From contig JAPLXK010000014.1 of the NCBI GenBank assembly GCA_026396095.1, forward strand, positions 212-64,211: 64,000 bases of DNA, written 5' to 3'. Below, one piece after another: positions 44,462 through 53,535 of this stretch. The translations under genes were made by a program, and so were the position numbers. Position 1 is the first letter of the stretch. Each line of letters starts with the position of its first letter. The notes under the pieces are model-generated. The model saw nothing but the letters and a program-made list of their open reading frames with translations, did not search any database and was not told where the DNA came from. Origin of the DNA: Candidatus Nealsonbacteria bacterium. Lineage in GTDB: Bacteria; Patescibacteriota; Minisyncoccia; Minisyncoccales; RBG-13-42-11.

Positions 44462-44528
44462 GTAAACATCAAGGGAGACATGGTTTTCCTTGGTAAAATT
44501 GATCTTTGTAAATTAAGAATGGAAGGAT

Positions 44529-45746
44529 TTGGTAAAAATGGCACAACAACCAGAAAAAAAACCAACGGAATCGTTCAAGGAAAAGATTAAGGAAAAATGG
44601 GGTTTGATAGCAGGCCTCATCTTGCTGCTAATCATAGTCTCGTTCGTAAACGGCTTGGTTGCTCTTCTCTTGTTTCTGGCAATAGTCTTTTGCCCGAAAT
44701 TCACATTAGTCGAAGAGGGCACAGTGAAAATAGTAGTGAGGCTTGGTCAATACAGCAAGTCTCTTATCTCCTGGAGGGAGCATACAATCGACGAGGACGG
44801 AAACGTCATAAAAGGAGACGAGGTTCATCTTCTTGGAGGCTTGCGTTTTGCAGGGTTCTATTGGATAGATGATATTTATCAGTACAAATTCAGATGGCTT
44901 AGCCTTGAATTGGTAGACGGGCAAGAAAAGATTGTGTTCCACGAAAAACAGCTTGACTACATTTTTGTCAGGCCGGACGTTTACCCTGTCGAGCAAAAAG
45001 GAGCAGAAACAAAACCGCCGGAAAGAATAGCGCTGGATAATGTATGGTTAGCAACAATAAGAGTTGTTAATCCTTATAAAGCGCTTTTCAGAGCCCCTTC
45101 AAACTGGAACGAAAACGTTCTGTCTAAGCTTGAGGCTCTTCTGCGGGGATGGGTCGGAATGCACGACTTTGACGAAATTCTTAATATATTGGGCACAAAA
45201 AAATCCGCACCCTGGGATGACCTTAAAGACGAAGACCTGCTCGTCGAGAAGTTCGAGAAAGAGTGGGGAATCAAAGTTGAAGAAAAAGGGATAGAGATAA
45301 AAAAGGTTACCCCGCCAAAATATATTGAAGAATCTGCCAGCAGGCAGAGACAGCAGGAACTTGAGGCAGCAGGAACAGCAGCCGCTACAGTAGGCGCGGT
45401 TATCGCCCAAATGTCCGTTGCTCGGGGGAAGACACAGAAAGAGATTCAAGTCGAAATCGAAAAAGACGACAATCTTAAAAGGGAATTCTTGGACATAGCC
45501 AAGGACCTGACTATCAGGCAAATGGGTATCAAGGGAAAAGCCTATGTAGATATCCGAGTACCGGAAGGCACAGGAGGCCTGGAAAAAACAATTCTTGAGG
45601 CCTTAGCGGCTTTTGCAAGAATGCCGACAGGCGGACAATCTTCTGACCAGCAAGGTGAGGGAGGAAAAAAAGATAAACAATCTAAGCAAGGCGGCGAAAG
45701 AGAAAAGGCCATACAGCAAGGACTGAGAGTATTAGGTTTAGAATAA
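44529..45746 (+). CDS. Membrane-anchored SPFH/band-7-like protein (divergent)
   Basis: N-terminal TM followed by TLVEEGTVKIVVRLGQYSKSL, an SPFH-like opening. Coiled, Gly/Gln-rich tail. The track start is TTG; the ATG at 44538 is more likely. Confidence 0.4.
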   Translation: MVKMAQQPEKKPTESFKEKIKEKWGLIAGLILLLIIVSFVNGLVALLLFLAIVFCPKFTLVEEGTVKIVVRLGQYSKSLISWREHTIDEDGNVIKGDEVHLLGGLRFAGFYWIDDIYQYKFRWLSLELVDGQEKIVFHEKQLDYIFVRPDVYPVEQKGAETKPPERIALDNVWLATIRVVNPYKALFRAPSNWNENVLSKLEALLRGWVGMHDFDEILNILGTKKSAPWDDLKDEDLLVEKFEKEWGIKVEEKGIEIKKVTPPKYIEESASRQRQQELEAAGTAAATVGAVIAQMSVARGKTQKEIQVEIEKDDNLKREFLDIAKDLTIRQMGIKGKAYVDIRVPEGTGGLEKTILEALAAFARMPTGGQSSDQQGEGGKKDKQSKQGGEREKAIQQGLRVLGLE

Positions 45747-45786
45747 AAAAAGGATTCTTTTTAATGAATCCTTGTTTTTTTAGAAT

Positions 45787-46302
45787 TTAATCAATTTGTT
45801 CTTTGTAGATATCTTTTCCCCTAGGTTGTGGATCTTTTTTTTCCACTTCAGATATTTCTGGAGCAAGCTTTTCTTCCCTAATAATTCCTTCGTCGGTAGG
45901 ATTTTCAATAACCAAAAGAAGAAGATTTTCTTGCAGATCGTTGCTTAATTTTTCAGCTTTTTCTTGAGACAAGCCAAAGCTTTTTTGAAGAGCAATAGTA
46001 AAACCTTCATCGGGGATTTTGTTTATACTCAACTCCTCAATAAAAAATTTTAATTTCCTAGAAGCTAAGATTTCATCAAGGCTCTTTCCCTTTTCTAACT
46101 GTTCTCTCACCTTTTTACTAAAAAGAACCTTGATTCCCGCTTTTTGTGCAAAACTTTCTTTCCCGGTCAGGTTTTTTTTGACATCTTCCTCCTCCTCTAT
46201 TTCTTTATCTAGTTTATATTCTTCAACTAACCTTCCAATGATTTCAACGATACTTTCCGAGAATGTTAATTCGTTATTTTGTTTAAGGTTTTGATTGGCC
46301 AT
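45787..46302 (-). CDS. Hypothetical acidic protein
   Basis: 171-aa ORF downstream of the VirB6-like gene. No motif recognised. Confidence 0.4.
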   Translation of the reverse strand: MANQNLKQNNELTFSESIVEIIGRLVEEYKLDKEIEEEEDVKKNLTGKESFAQKAGIKVLFSKKVREQLEKGKSLDEILASRKLKFFIEELSINKIPDEGFTIALQKSFGLSQEKAEKLSNDLQENLLLLVIENPTDEGIIREEKLAPEISEVEKKDPQPRGKDIYKEQID

Positions 46303-46320
46303 AAATAAATTAATTAAAAA

Positions 46321-48294
46321 TTAAGCAGTGGCATATCCTACCTTAGCTAATACTTCATCCCTTTCTTTTTCAAAATCGTCGTGAGATTTTTTTAGTGGCG
46401 CTAGTTGCGCTTTTAAATCATTTAGCAGGTCTATCTCAGCAGGATCGCTGAGAGATCCATTCTTCCTTCTTTTTTCTAATGGCTCTATCGCCAATTCTAA
46501 TGGGCTTATCCGCCTTTTTAATGGCTCTATTTTTGCGTTTGATGCTTTTATTTTTATCTCATAGTCAGCCAGATTTTTTTCTACCAAACATTTTAATGCC
46601 TGTTTTTTATCATCACTTCCCTTTTCCATCAGCACTTTAATTTGATTTGCACTTGCCAAGTCGAATACTTCTATATCACCACTTTCAAAGGCTTCTTTTT
46701 GGGTGTTTTTTGCGAAATCTGCAGGAGCTTCCGACTGGATCAATTTTTTCTTTGCCGCACGATCGCCAGCTTTATGCGGCATACGCTTTAAGGCCTCATG
46801 TTCATCAAATCCAAAAATCTTATAATCTTTTGCTTCATCCATATCTTTTCCCGTAAGAATTCCTCTTTTCGTCGCTTCATTAAGCCCCTTAGTTTTTGTT
46901 CTCGCATCACGTTCAGTAATTACGCGTTTTTCTATTACAGCCCTCAGATCTTCATCTTCCAAAGATTCTAATCCCTTTGCTGTTTTGGCGACCTTTTCTT
47001 TCATTTTCGCTTCATATGATCCTGGCTCAAGGCCTACGATAGGAATTTTTTCTGCTGTTTTGTATAATGACTTTTCCCCCTTTGCCCTGCCCTCAGTAGT
47101 AAAACCGCCCCTGACGATTCTTTCCAAAGCCGGTCTTTTATCTTCAGCGTCTGTTGCCCCCTTATACATTCCGGCAGCCGTTATAGCTGCCCCTGTGCCC
47201 GCACCAATAATAGCCGCTTTTCCGTAACCTACTGCTTTATTAAATCCAGGGACGCTGCTTCCCGAATCCAAGACAGAGAAGAGCCCGATAAGAAGAAGAG
47301 CGAGAGGAAAGAGATAAGAAAAAAGAGATCCAAGAGCACTAAGTCCGCCACCAGGGGCAGATGTTACAATTTTTCCACTAGCCATTGCCGTCATTAAATT
47401 GTTTGCCAGAGCAATAAAGAAAGCAGCATATATGCCCACGGTTGCCCATTGGATAAAGCTTTTCCACCATTCGTCCCAATGGAAAAAACTTGGAAAGAAC
47501 TGTTTGGCTTGTGACAACGAAGGGAAAACTTTACTGACAAAAGCAATGGGCGAAATAATTATTAAAATCCAAAGGAATACATATCTTGCAATAAACAGTA
47601 AAGCATAGAGAGCATAAACAATAGCGCCCACCATGCCAAAAATAAAAAAAATTAAAATTAATCCTAGATATTTAAGAAAATCTTGTCCCGCCAATTGCGA
47701 CATTCCGTTTTGGACTTCATTGAAAAGCCCTTTTCCAAGAGAACCGGCACCCAAGAGATAGTTCATCAAAAGATTGGCAAAATCAAGGATAAAGCCGCAG
47801 ATTACCAGGGTGAAATTGATTAAAAGAGCGATGGCTATTAATTTCGGTAAGGTTTTTTTTGCCTGGTACTCTTCAAGTCCCAAAATAATTCCCAAACCGA
47901 TCACGACCAGGCCCAAAAGAAGAAAGATATTAGCCAGGTCTCGAGTAATTGACCAGCCGTAAGCGACAACGACATTATCGGGACCAGTCATGCTTATTGT
48001 CAAAAAGTTCGGACTTATGACCCAGCTTAACAACGATTGGCTTATTTCTAAAAGAGCGACGGGTATCGCACCGATAAGTCCAAGAATGCCCTTTATAAGG
48101 CCCGTGCCTATATCAGCGACCATTTGGTTGCCCTGGCCTACTGCTTGCAATATTATTGCGCATGTTGGACAAATTGGAAAAATTAATATTGATAACGCAC
48201 TAGGACCCTGGGCCACGGCTTCAAAGGGCGAAATTATTCCTACGAAAACAAGAAGCAAAAAAACAATAGCAATTTTTTTATTTTTTCTTTTCAT
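46321..48294 (-). CDS. VirB6/TrbL-like polytopic membrane protein with a long charged C-terminal tail
   Basis: Signal peptide, then about 7-8 TM helices across residues 60-390, then about 270 aa of hydrophilic coiled-coil-like tail. Confidence 0.55.
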   Translation of the reverse strand: MKRKNKKIAIVFLLLVFVGIISPFEAVAQGPSALSILIFPICPTCAIILQAVGQGNQMVADIGTGLIKGILGLIGAIPVALLEISQSLLSWVISPNFLTISMTGPDNVVVAYGWSITRDLANIFLLLGLVVIGLGIILGLEEYQAKKTLPKLIAIALLINFTLVICGFILDFANLLMNYLLGAGSLGKGLFNEVQNGMSQLAGQDFLKYLGLILIFFIFGMVGAIVYALYALLFIARYVFLWILIIISPIAFVSKVFPSLSQAKQFFPSFFHWDEWWKSFIQWATVGIYAAFFIALANNLMTAMASGKIVTSAPGGGLSALGSLFSYLFPLALLLIGLFSVLDSGSSVPGFNKAVGYGKAAIIGAGTGAAITAAGMYKGATDAEDKRPALERIVRGGFTTEGRAKGEKSLYKTAEKIPIVGLEPGSYEAKMKEKVAKTAKGLESLEDEDLRAVIEKRVITERDARTKTKGLNEATKRGILTGKDMDEAKDYKIFGFDEHEALKRMPHKAGDRAAKKKLIQSEAPADFAKNTQKEAFESGDIEVFDLASANQIKVLMEKGSDDKKQALKCLVEKNLADYEIKIKASNAKIEPLKRRISPLELAIEPLEKRRKNGSLSDPAEIDLLNDLKAQLAPLKKSHDDFEKERDEVLAKVGYATA

Positions 48295-48378
48295 CGCTTT
48301 TGATGATTACTGTGTTTAGTTATTTAATTATAATGCTATAATTGAAACAATACAATAACTTAATTTTAACAGTTCAAA

Positions 48379-48741
48379 ATGTTTTTAAAATTTCCCAAGT
48401 TTACGCCCGAATTTCTGATTCTTCTCTTGGCGTTTCTAATTGACTCGATTGGAGTAATTCTTCTTTTATTTGGCGCCGATGATTTTGGGGTACTTGATAG
48501 CATCGGTATTGCTACTATCGGTATGTGGCAGCTTTTTAAGGCGGGGAAAATAACTGCGCCAAAAGCAAAAAAAAGCAGTTTTTTAAGAAAAACTTTCACT
48601 GGGAAATGGTCCAAGTTTTTTGTGACCTGGGGCGGAGAATTGATTCCCTATGTCGGCTGCCTTCCTTTTTGGACCTGGGCTGTTTATTATCAATTAATAC
48701 AGCAAGAAGAACAGCAAAACGAGCAGCAGTTAACAACATAA
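48379..48741 (+). CDS. Small membrane protein (hypothetical)
   Basis: 120 aa with 3-4 hydrophobic helices. Its stop lies 1 nt before the next gene. Confidence 0.4.
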   Translation: MFLKFPKFTPEFLILLLAFLIDSIGVILLLFGADDFGVLDSIGIATIGMWQLFKAGKITAPKAKKSSFLRKTFTGKWSKFFVTWGGELIPYVGCLPFWTWAVYYQLIQQEEQQNEQQLTT

Positions 48742-48742
48742 A

Positions 48743-51238
48743 ATGAAGCGCGGACCTAAAAAAACAAAATTAATATTATTTATTCTGCTTTTGTTTATTT
48801 TAAGCGCTTCTTTTGCTTTTGCCGCAAAAATGGAAACTGACCTTCCAACAGTCGTCGGCCAAAAGCCCAACGCCAGCACTACTTTTCCGGAAGCCGTAAA
48901 ATATCTTTTTAATTTTTCCATGTTTGTCGGTGCGCTTCTTGTCCTCGGAGTATTGGTCTGGTCCGGATTCCGCTATGTGACATCAGGAAACAATCCGGCA
49001 GTGACAGGAGACGTTAAGAAAAGAATGTACGGCGCCTTCTTGGGACTATTGATTTTACTTTCCACTTATTTGATTTTAACAACCATTAATCCTGGCTTGG
49101 TAATTCTTTCTCTGCAGAAGATTTCTCCCGCCTCCACTTCTACAACCCCCGCGATAGCCATTACTCAAGCATCAACAACGTTTCAGGAAATACCCCTGGG
49201 CACCATTATCGAAGATCTTTTGGCCGGCAATGCTTCCACTACAGCTCACCCAGCCTTAAGGTGCTATAAATATGATACGAACGGAGATACGGTTGATGTA
49301 AATGGCGACGGACAGATCGACGGAAGCGACACATTCAATTATAATGACTTTTATTGCGTCAATCTTATCAATGATGCCTTTGGGAAAAAAGCCAGCGAGC
49401 TTATTGTTAAAATAAACGAGCTAAAGGCACTTTTATCCGGATGCGGATGCGATAAATGTAGGGTTATGGGAAGTTGCCAAACGGTATACTATCCGTGTGG
49501 CAATTGTTCCCCGACGTGTTCCGCCTGTTGCGATGGATCGAATTGTGTTTCAAATTGTTCTTGCTGTGGAGAAGCAAGGGGAACAGATTCGGGATGCCCG
49601 GGCACAGATCCTTGCCCAAACAGAGGATCAATAGACTGCAAAAGACAGGAGATAAAACAGCTAATAGACGGAGGAGAGTTGGTTAAAGGCGTAACCGCCC
49701 TCTGCCCCTCTTCGTATGATCCGTTAAAAGATCCTCAAAAAAATCCTAAAACCACTTTTTTAACCATGACAGAGGCGGAAAGCAGGACAGATGAATTTCG
49801 CCAGGCGTTTTCAGACGACCTTAGCGATCTGAAAGATGCGGAGCTTATGATGAAGTCTCCTTACGGCAAAAGACTGACTCTGCAAGAATTTTTCAATTTA
49901 GAGACGACGGGCAGCAAGGAGATAGATAAAGTTGAATTTAAAACCTACAACACTTCGGAATATTGTAAAGATTTTAACTGCGTCGGATTAGACAGCAGCG
50001 GGTTATGTAATGCATGCAATGTGAACAGCAAAAACAGGATGTGCAAGATAGCCGGAGGCAATGAGTTTTATGTAACAACCGGAGACAACGCGACCTTTTA
50101 TCTCGGCAGCGAAAATTATAGAACAGAAAATATTACTCCCGGGGAGAAATGCATGATTGACCCGAAAGAAGAAAAAGGTTTTCAGGTCGGCTTGATTCCT
50201 ATCGGAGAAACCGTTGATGAAGCTGAAAATCTTGGAGAAAGAATTCTTTCCCTATATAATTTTCTGTTAGACAATTATCAGAAAACAATGAACTCGGCCC
50301 TGTCTTTGTTAGATTATCCCGAGCAATGCGAGTGCAGCAGATGCAGCAATGAATCTGATTGCAGGTACGATTGTTGTAAGTCTAGCCATCGTGGCGTTTG
50401 CTGCCTTCCAAAATTCAACTATTGTTCAACGTGCTTATCTTGCCATCCGAATAACCAAGATAAGAATCTGAACGACGCAACAACCCTTAGGTGGATTACT
50501 AAGAAGTATCCCGGCAACAACTGTACTAATTTAATTTCTGTTCCAGTATGGAAATCCCAAGATAATGTTTGCCCTCTTGATGCGATAGATCAAGAAATTA
50601 AAAAGATTTTCAATTTAAATGCAGACCCCGCTAATTATCGCTGTTGCAGATACTCAACCAGTACCACAGGCGCTACAATAGCTAAATTAGCCACTACGAC
50701 CAGCTGGGCTGTTACAGTAAATACAACCCAAACCTGGATTACAACTAATCGGGGGTTTAAAATAGCTCCTTACCAAACATCAAATACAATTACAGTATTT
50801 CCGGAAGAGCTCGGATATATCCAAATAATTACAATGGTAGCGCAAAGAATGGGCGACATATTTGATGCAGTAAACTTAGAACCAGGAGAATTGAACAAAT
50901 GCACAATTTTGGATAAGCTTACCATCTCAAGAGAAAAAATGATGAAATGTATTACCGGCTTCGGCGTTCCCGTTAAAGAAGCAGCGGCCAAAGAAAGAAC
51001 CTTAAGCTGTTCGGTTGCCTGGGATTCGATACGCAGCCTGGACAAAAATTTAATAATATTGCCTAAGTTTCCCAATCCGGCAATAAGTACTTATCTTAAT
51101 TGTTATCCCTACAGCAGCGCTGATTTAACTGCTGCGCAGAAACTTAAGTGCTTACAAAACATGAATAGTCCGGAATGCGCTTCTTCAAGCTATTATTTAC
51201 TGGATAATTATTATTGCTGCAGCGGAGGAACAAATTAA
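48743..51238 (+). CDS. Pilin-headed giant surface protein: VirB2/TrbC-like two-helix N-module fused to a 48-cysteine ectodomain
   Basis: Signal peptide (SFAFA/AK), then helix-loop-helix FSMFVGALLVLGVLVWSGFRYVTSGNNPAVTGDVKKRMYGAFLGLLILLSTYLILTTINP. About 690 aa follow, with Cys clusters and a DVNGDGQIDGSD Ca-binding-like loop. Confidence 0.6.
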   Translation: MKRGPKKTKLILFILLLFILSASFAFAAKMETDLPTVVGQKPNASTTFPEAVKYLFNFSMFVGALLVLGVLVWSGFRYVTSGNNPAVTGDVKKRMYGAFLGLLILLSTYLILTTINPGLVILSLQKISPASTSTTPAIAITQASTTFQEIPLGTIIEDLLAGNASTTAHPALRCYKYDTNGDTVDVNGDGQIDGSDTFNYNDFYCVNLINDAFGKKASELIVKINELKALLSGCGCDKCRVMGSCQTVYYPCGNCSPTCSACCDGSNCVSNCSCCGEARGTDSGCPGTDPCPNRGSIDCKRQEIKQLIDGGELVKGVTALCPSSYDPLKDPQKNPKTTFLTMTEAESRTDEFRQAFSDDLSDLKDAELMMKSPYGKRLTLQEFFNLETTGSKEIDKVEFKTYNTSEYCKDFNCVGLDSSGLCNACNVNSKNRMCKIAGGNEFYVTTGDNATFYLGSENYRTENITPGEKCMIDPKEEKGFQVGLIPIGETVDEAENLGERILSLYNFLLDNYQKTMNSALSLLDYPEQCECSRCSNESDCRYDCCKSSHRGVCCLPKFNYCSTCLSCHPNNQDKNLNDATTLRWITKKYPGNNCTNLISVPVWKSQDNVCPLDAIDQEIKKIFNLNADPANYRCCRYSTSTTGATIAKLATTTSWAVTVNTTQTWITTNRGFKIAPYQTSNTITVFPEELGYIQIITMVAQRMGDIFDAVNLEPGELNKCTILDKLTISREKMMKCITGFGVPVKEAAAKERTLSCSVAWDSIRSLDKNLIILPKFPNPAISTYLNCYPYSSADLTAAQKLKCLQNMNSPECASSSYYLLDNYYCCSGGTN

Positions 51239-51262
51239 AAAATAATACCATAAATCAAAAAT

Positions 51263-52525
51263 ATGTTTTTTAAAAAACAAAAACCATTTTTTATTCTTGT
51301 TTCTTTCCTCCTGCTTTTTATATGTTTTTCTTTTGTCTTTGCCCTGGAGATTGAATATCCCCAAATGGGGGGACAACAAGTAGCCTCTTCAACCTCTTTC
51401 CCTCAATACGCTGTATATCTTTTTAATTTTTCAATAATAATGTCCGGAATTATCGCTTTCGGCGTTTTAGTTTTTTCCGGAATCAAGATATTGACCTCTC
51501 CCGACCAGCCGGATACGATTCAAGACGCCAGAACCAAAATAATAGGCGCTTTTTTGGGAATAGTAATCTTACTTGCTTCTTATTTGATTTTGACAACCAT
51601 GAATCCTCAGTTCATAATGTTCGGTCTTAAAGACATTAAGCCGGTTACAGGGGTTTATTTAACGGACAGCAACGGAAAAGACTATTATATTGCTGACAGC
51701 AGTCCTGATGTTGGTTTTACGGCCACTAATGTAAAGTTTATTTCTCCGCCGGAAGAATTAATTGCCGTTTACGATTCAAGCAGCAATAAAGTGGACAACA
51801 TGGGGGTTGGTTTAGGGGGGCCTTTTTCCGGAAAATCAATTTATTTTCTATGGAACAGGCCGGGAATTTACCTCTATCCAAATATTAATTTTGTCGGCCA
51901 GCCGCTATATTTTAATTCAAGCGTTTCCAGCTTGTCAAACTATAATTTTGATAAAAAAGCAAAATCTATTATATTCAGATATAATTATGCTACGAGCGCT
52001 GCGACAGCTGCTTATGGAGCTGTTTTCTTTAACCAGAATGATTACGGCGGAGAATGCGGTTTTGTTAGCATAGACAATAAAATACCAGATTTATCTGTTC
52101 CAACTCCATTCGGAGGCTATATCTATCCGATGCCAGGAGGACTATCCTCTTTTTACTTTTTTAATTATGCGTCAGCCGCTTCCAGTACTGTAATTTTTTG
52201 GGATGGTCCAAACTGTACGGGACATAGAAAAGAATACAATATTCCTGCCTCTCAGTTGCATTATGCTAAAGATCTTAGCCTGCAATTTTTTGATGATGAC
52301 CCTACAATTTCACTGCAAAATCATATCGTATCTTTTAACATAATTGGAAACTTCAGCGTTCTTCTTTCCACGAAAACTGACTTTAAGGGAAAGTGCGAGA
52401 TTTTTTTTAAGCCGTCTAACACGAGTTGCTACCCTTCCATAGTAAGCAGTTCTCTTTGGGATTATTTAATATCGCTGCTTGGGCCTAGCGTTGGAACCTG
52501 GTTAGTAATTCCCATGGCTGAGTAA
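51263..52525 (+). CDS. Pilin-headed surface protein, paralog of the preceding N-module with an unrelated ~300-aa C-domain
   Basis: YLFNFSIIMSGIIAFGVLVFSGIKILTSPDQPDTIQDARTKIIGAFLGIVILLASYLILTTMNP aligns residue for residue with the upstream gene. Confidence 0.6.
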   Translation: MFFKKQKPFFILVSFLLLFICFSFVFALEIEYPQMGGQQVASSTSFPQYAVYLFNFSIIMSGIIAFGVLVFSGIKILTSPDQPDTIQDARTKIIGAFLGIVILLASYLILTTMNPQFIMFGLKDIKPVTGVYLTDSNGKDYYIADSSPDVGFTATNVKFISPPEELIAVYDSSSNKVDNMGVGLGGPFSGKSIYFLWNRPGIYLYPNINFVGQPLYFNSSVSSLSNYNFDKKAKSIIFRYNYATSAATAAYGAVFFNQNDYGGECGFVSIDNKIPDLSVPTPFGGYIYPMPGGLSSFYFFNYASAASSTVIFWDGPNCTGHRKEYNIPASQLHYAKDLSLQFFDDDPTISLQNHIVSFNIIGNFSVLLSTKTDFKGKCEIFFKPSNTSCYPSIVSSSLWDYLISLLGPSVGTWLVIPMAE

Positions 52526-52576
52526 AATCTTAAGATAATTTTGGGAATATCTCAAATTTAAAATTTTTACTAAAAA

Positions 52577-52598
52577 GTCGCCCAAAAGGCGATTTTTT
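52577..52598 (+). terminator. Rho-independent terminator
   Basis: GTCGCCCAAAAGGCGATTTTTT. Confidence 0.65.
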
Positions 52599-52614
52599 AT
52601 GATAAACTGATCAA

Positions 52615-53439
52615 ATGAATCATTTTTCAAAGCAGGATACCAAAAGCTTACTCCAAAAATACAAAACTCAGCCCATTAAAAGATTTGGCCAGAATTTTTT
52701 AATTGATAAATCAGCAATTAATAAAATCATTGAAGTGGCTGAGATTAGTCCGAATGATATTGTTTTAGAAATTGGCCCCGGAACAGGAGCCCTAACCCAA
52801 GAATTGGCTAAAAGGGCAAAAAAAGTTATTGCCGTAGAAAAAGACATAAAAATGATAGAAATTCTTGAAGAAACGCTTAAAGATTTTAATAATATAGAGA
52901 TTATACAGGGAGATGCTTTAAAAATGGCTGATAGCCAAGTAATTTCCCCTTACAAAGTTGTGGGCAACCTTCCGTTTTATCTTACTGCTCCGATTATTCG
53001 TCAGTTTCTTGAAACAGAAAACCCTCCAAAGGAAATGACCTTAATAGTTCAAAAAGAAGTAGGGCAGAGAATATGCGCCAAGCCGCCCAGAATGAGCATT
53101 TTAGCAGTTTCGGTCCAGATTTACGCTGAACCGAAAATAATATCTTATATCTCCAAGAAATCATTCTGGCCTTCACCAAAAGTTGATTCAGCCATTATAA
53201 AGATATTAAAAATCAATTCCAATCAAGAAATTGACAGAGATTTATTCTTTAAAATTGTAAAAGCCGGTTTTTCTCAGCCCAGGAAGCAATTAATCAATAA
53301 TTTATCCAAAGGAATGGGAATGGAAAAGGAAAAAACGGAAAAATGGATTTTAAAGAATAAAATAGAGCCCTCCCAAAGAGCCGAGACTCTTAGCATTGAC
53401 GATTGGCTTAAACTATTGCGAGATTTTTTAAAAAATTAG
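52615..53439 (+). CDS. rsmA: 16S rRNA (adenine1518/1519-N6)-dimethyltransferase
   Basis: KRFGQNFLIDKSAINKI, LEIGPGTGALT, and VVGNLPFYLT. Confidence 0.9.
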   Translation: MNHFSKQDTKSLLQKYKTQPIKRFGQNFLIDKSAINKIIEVAEISPNDIVLEIGPGTGALTQELAKRAKKVIAVEKDIKMIEILEETLKDFNNIEIIQGDALKMADSQVISPYKVVGNLPFYLTAPIIRQFLETENPPKEMTLIVQKEVGQRICAKPPRMSILAVSVQIYAEPKIISYISKKSFWPSPKVDSAIIKILKINSNQEIDRDLFFKIVKAGFSQPRKQLINNLSKGMGMEKEKTEKWILKNKIEPSQRAETLSIDDWLKLLRDFLKN

Positions 53440-53470
53440 GGTTTCCGATGGTTTTAGCCTCTTTAAAAGG

Positions 53471-53523
53471 TCTGGATAATATGTGGATAACACTCTTGAC
53501 TTAATGCCTGGAAGGGGTAGATT
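53471..53523 (+). promoter_or_regulatory. Tandem DnaA-box-like sites abutting a TTGACT-N16-TAGATT promoter
   Basis: TCTGGATAA at 53471..53479 (one mismatch) and a perfect TGTGGATAA at 53482..53490. The -35 is at 53496..53501 and the -10 at 53518..53523. The ATG is at 53536. Confidence 0.35.
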
Positions 53524-53535
53524 AGAAACATAATA

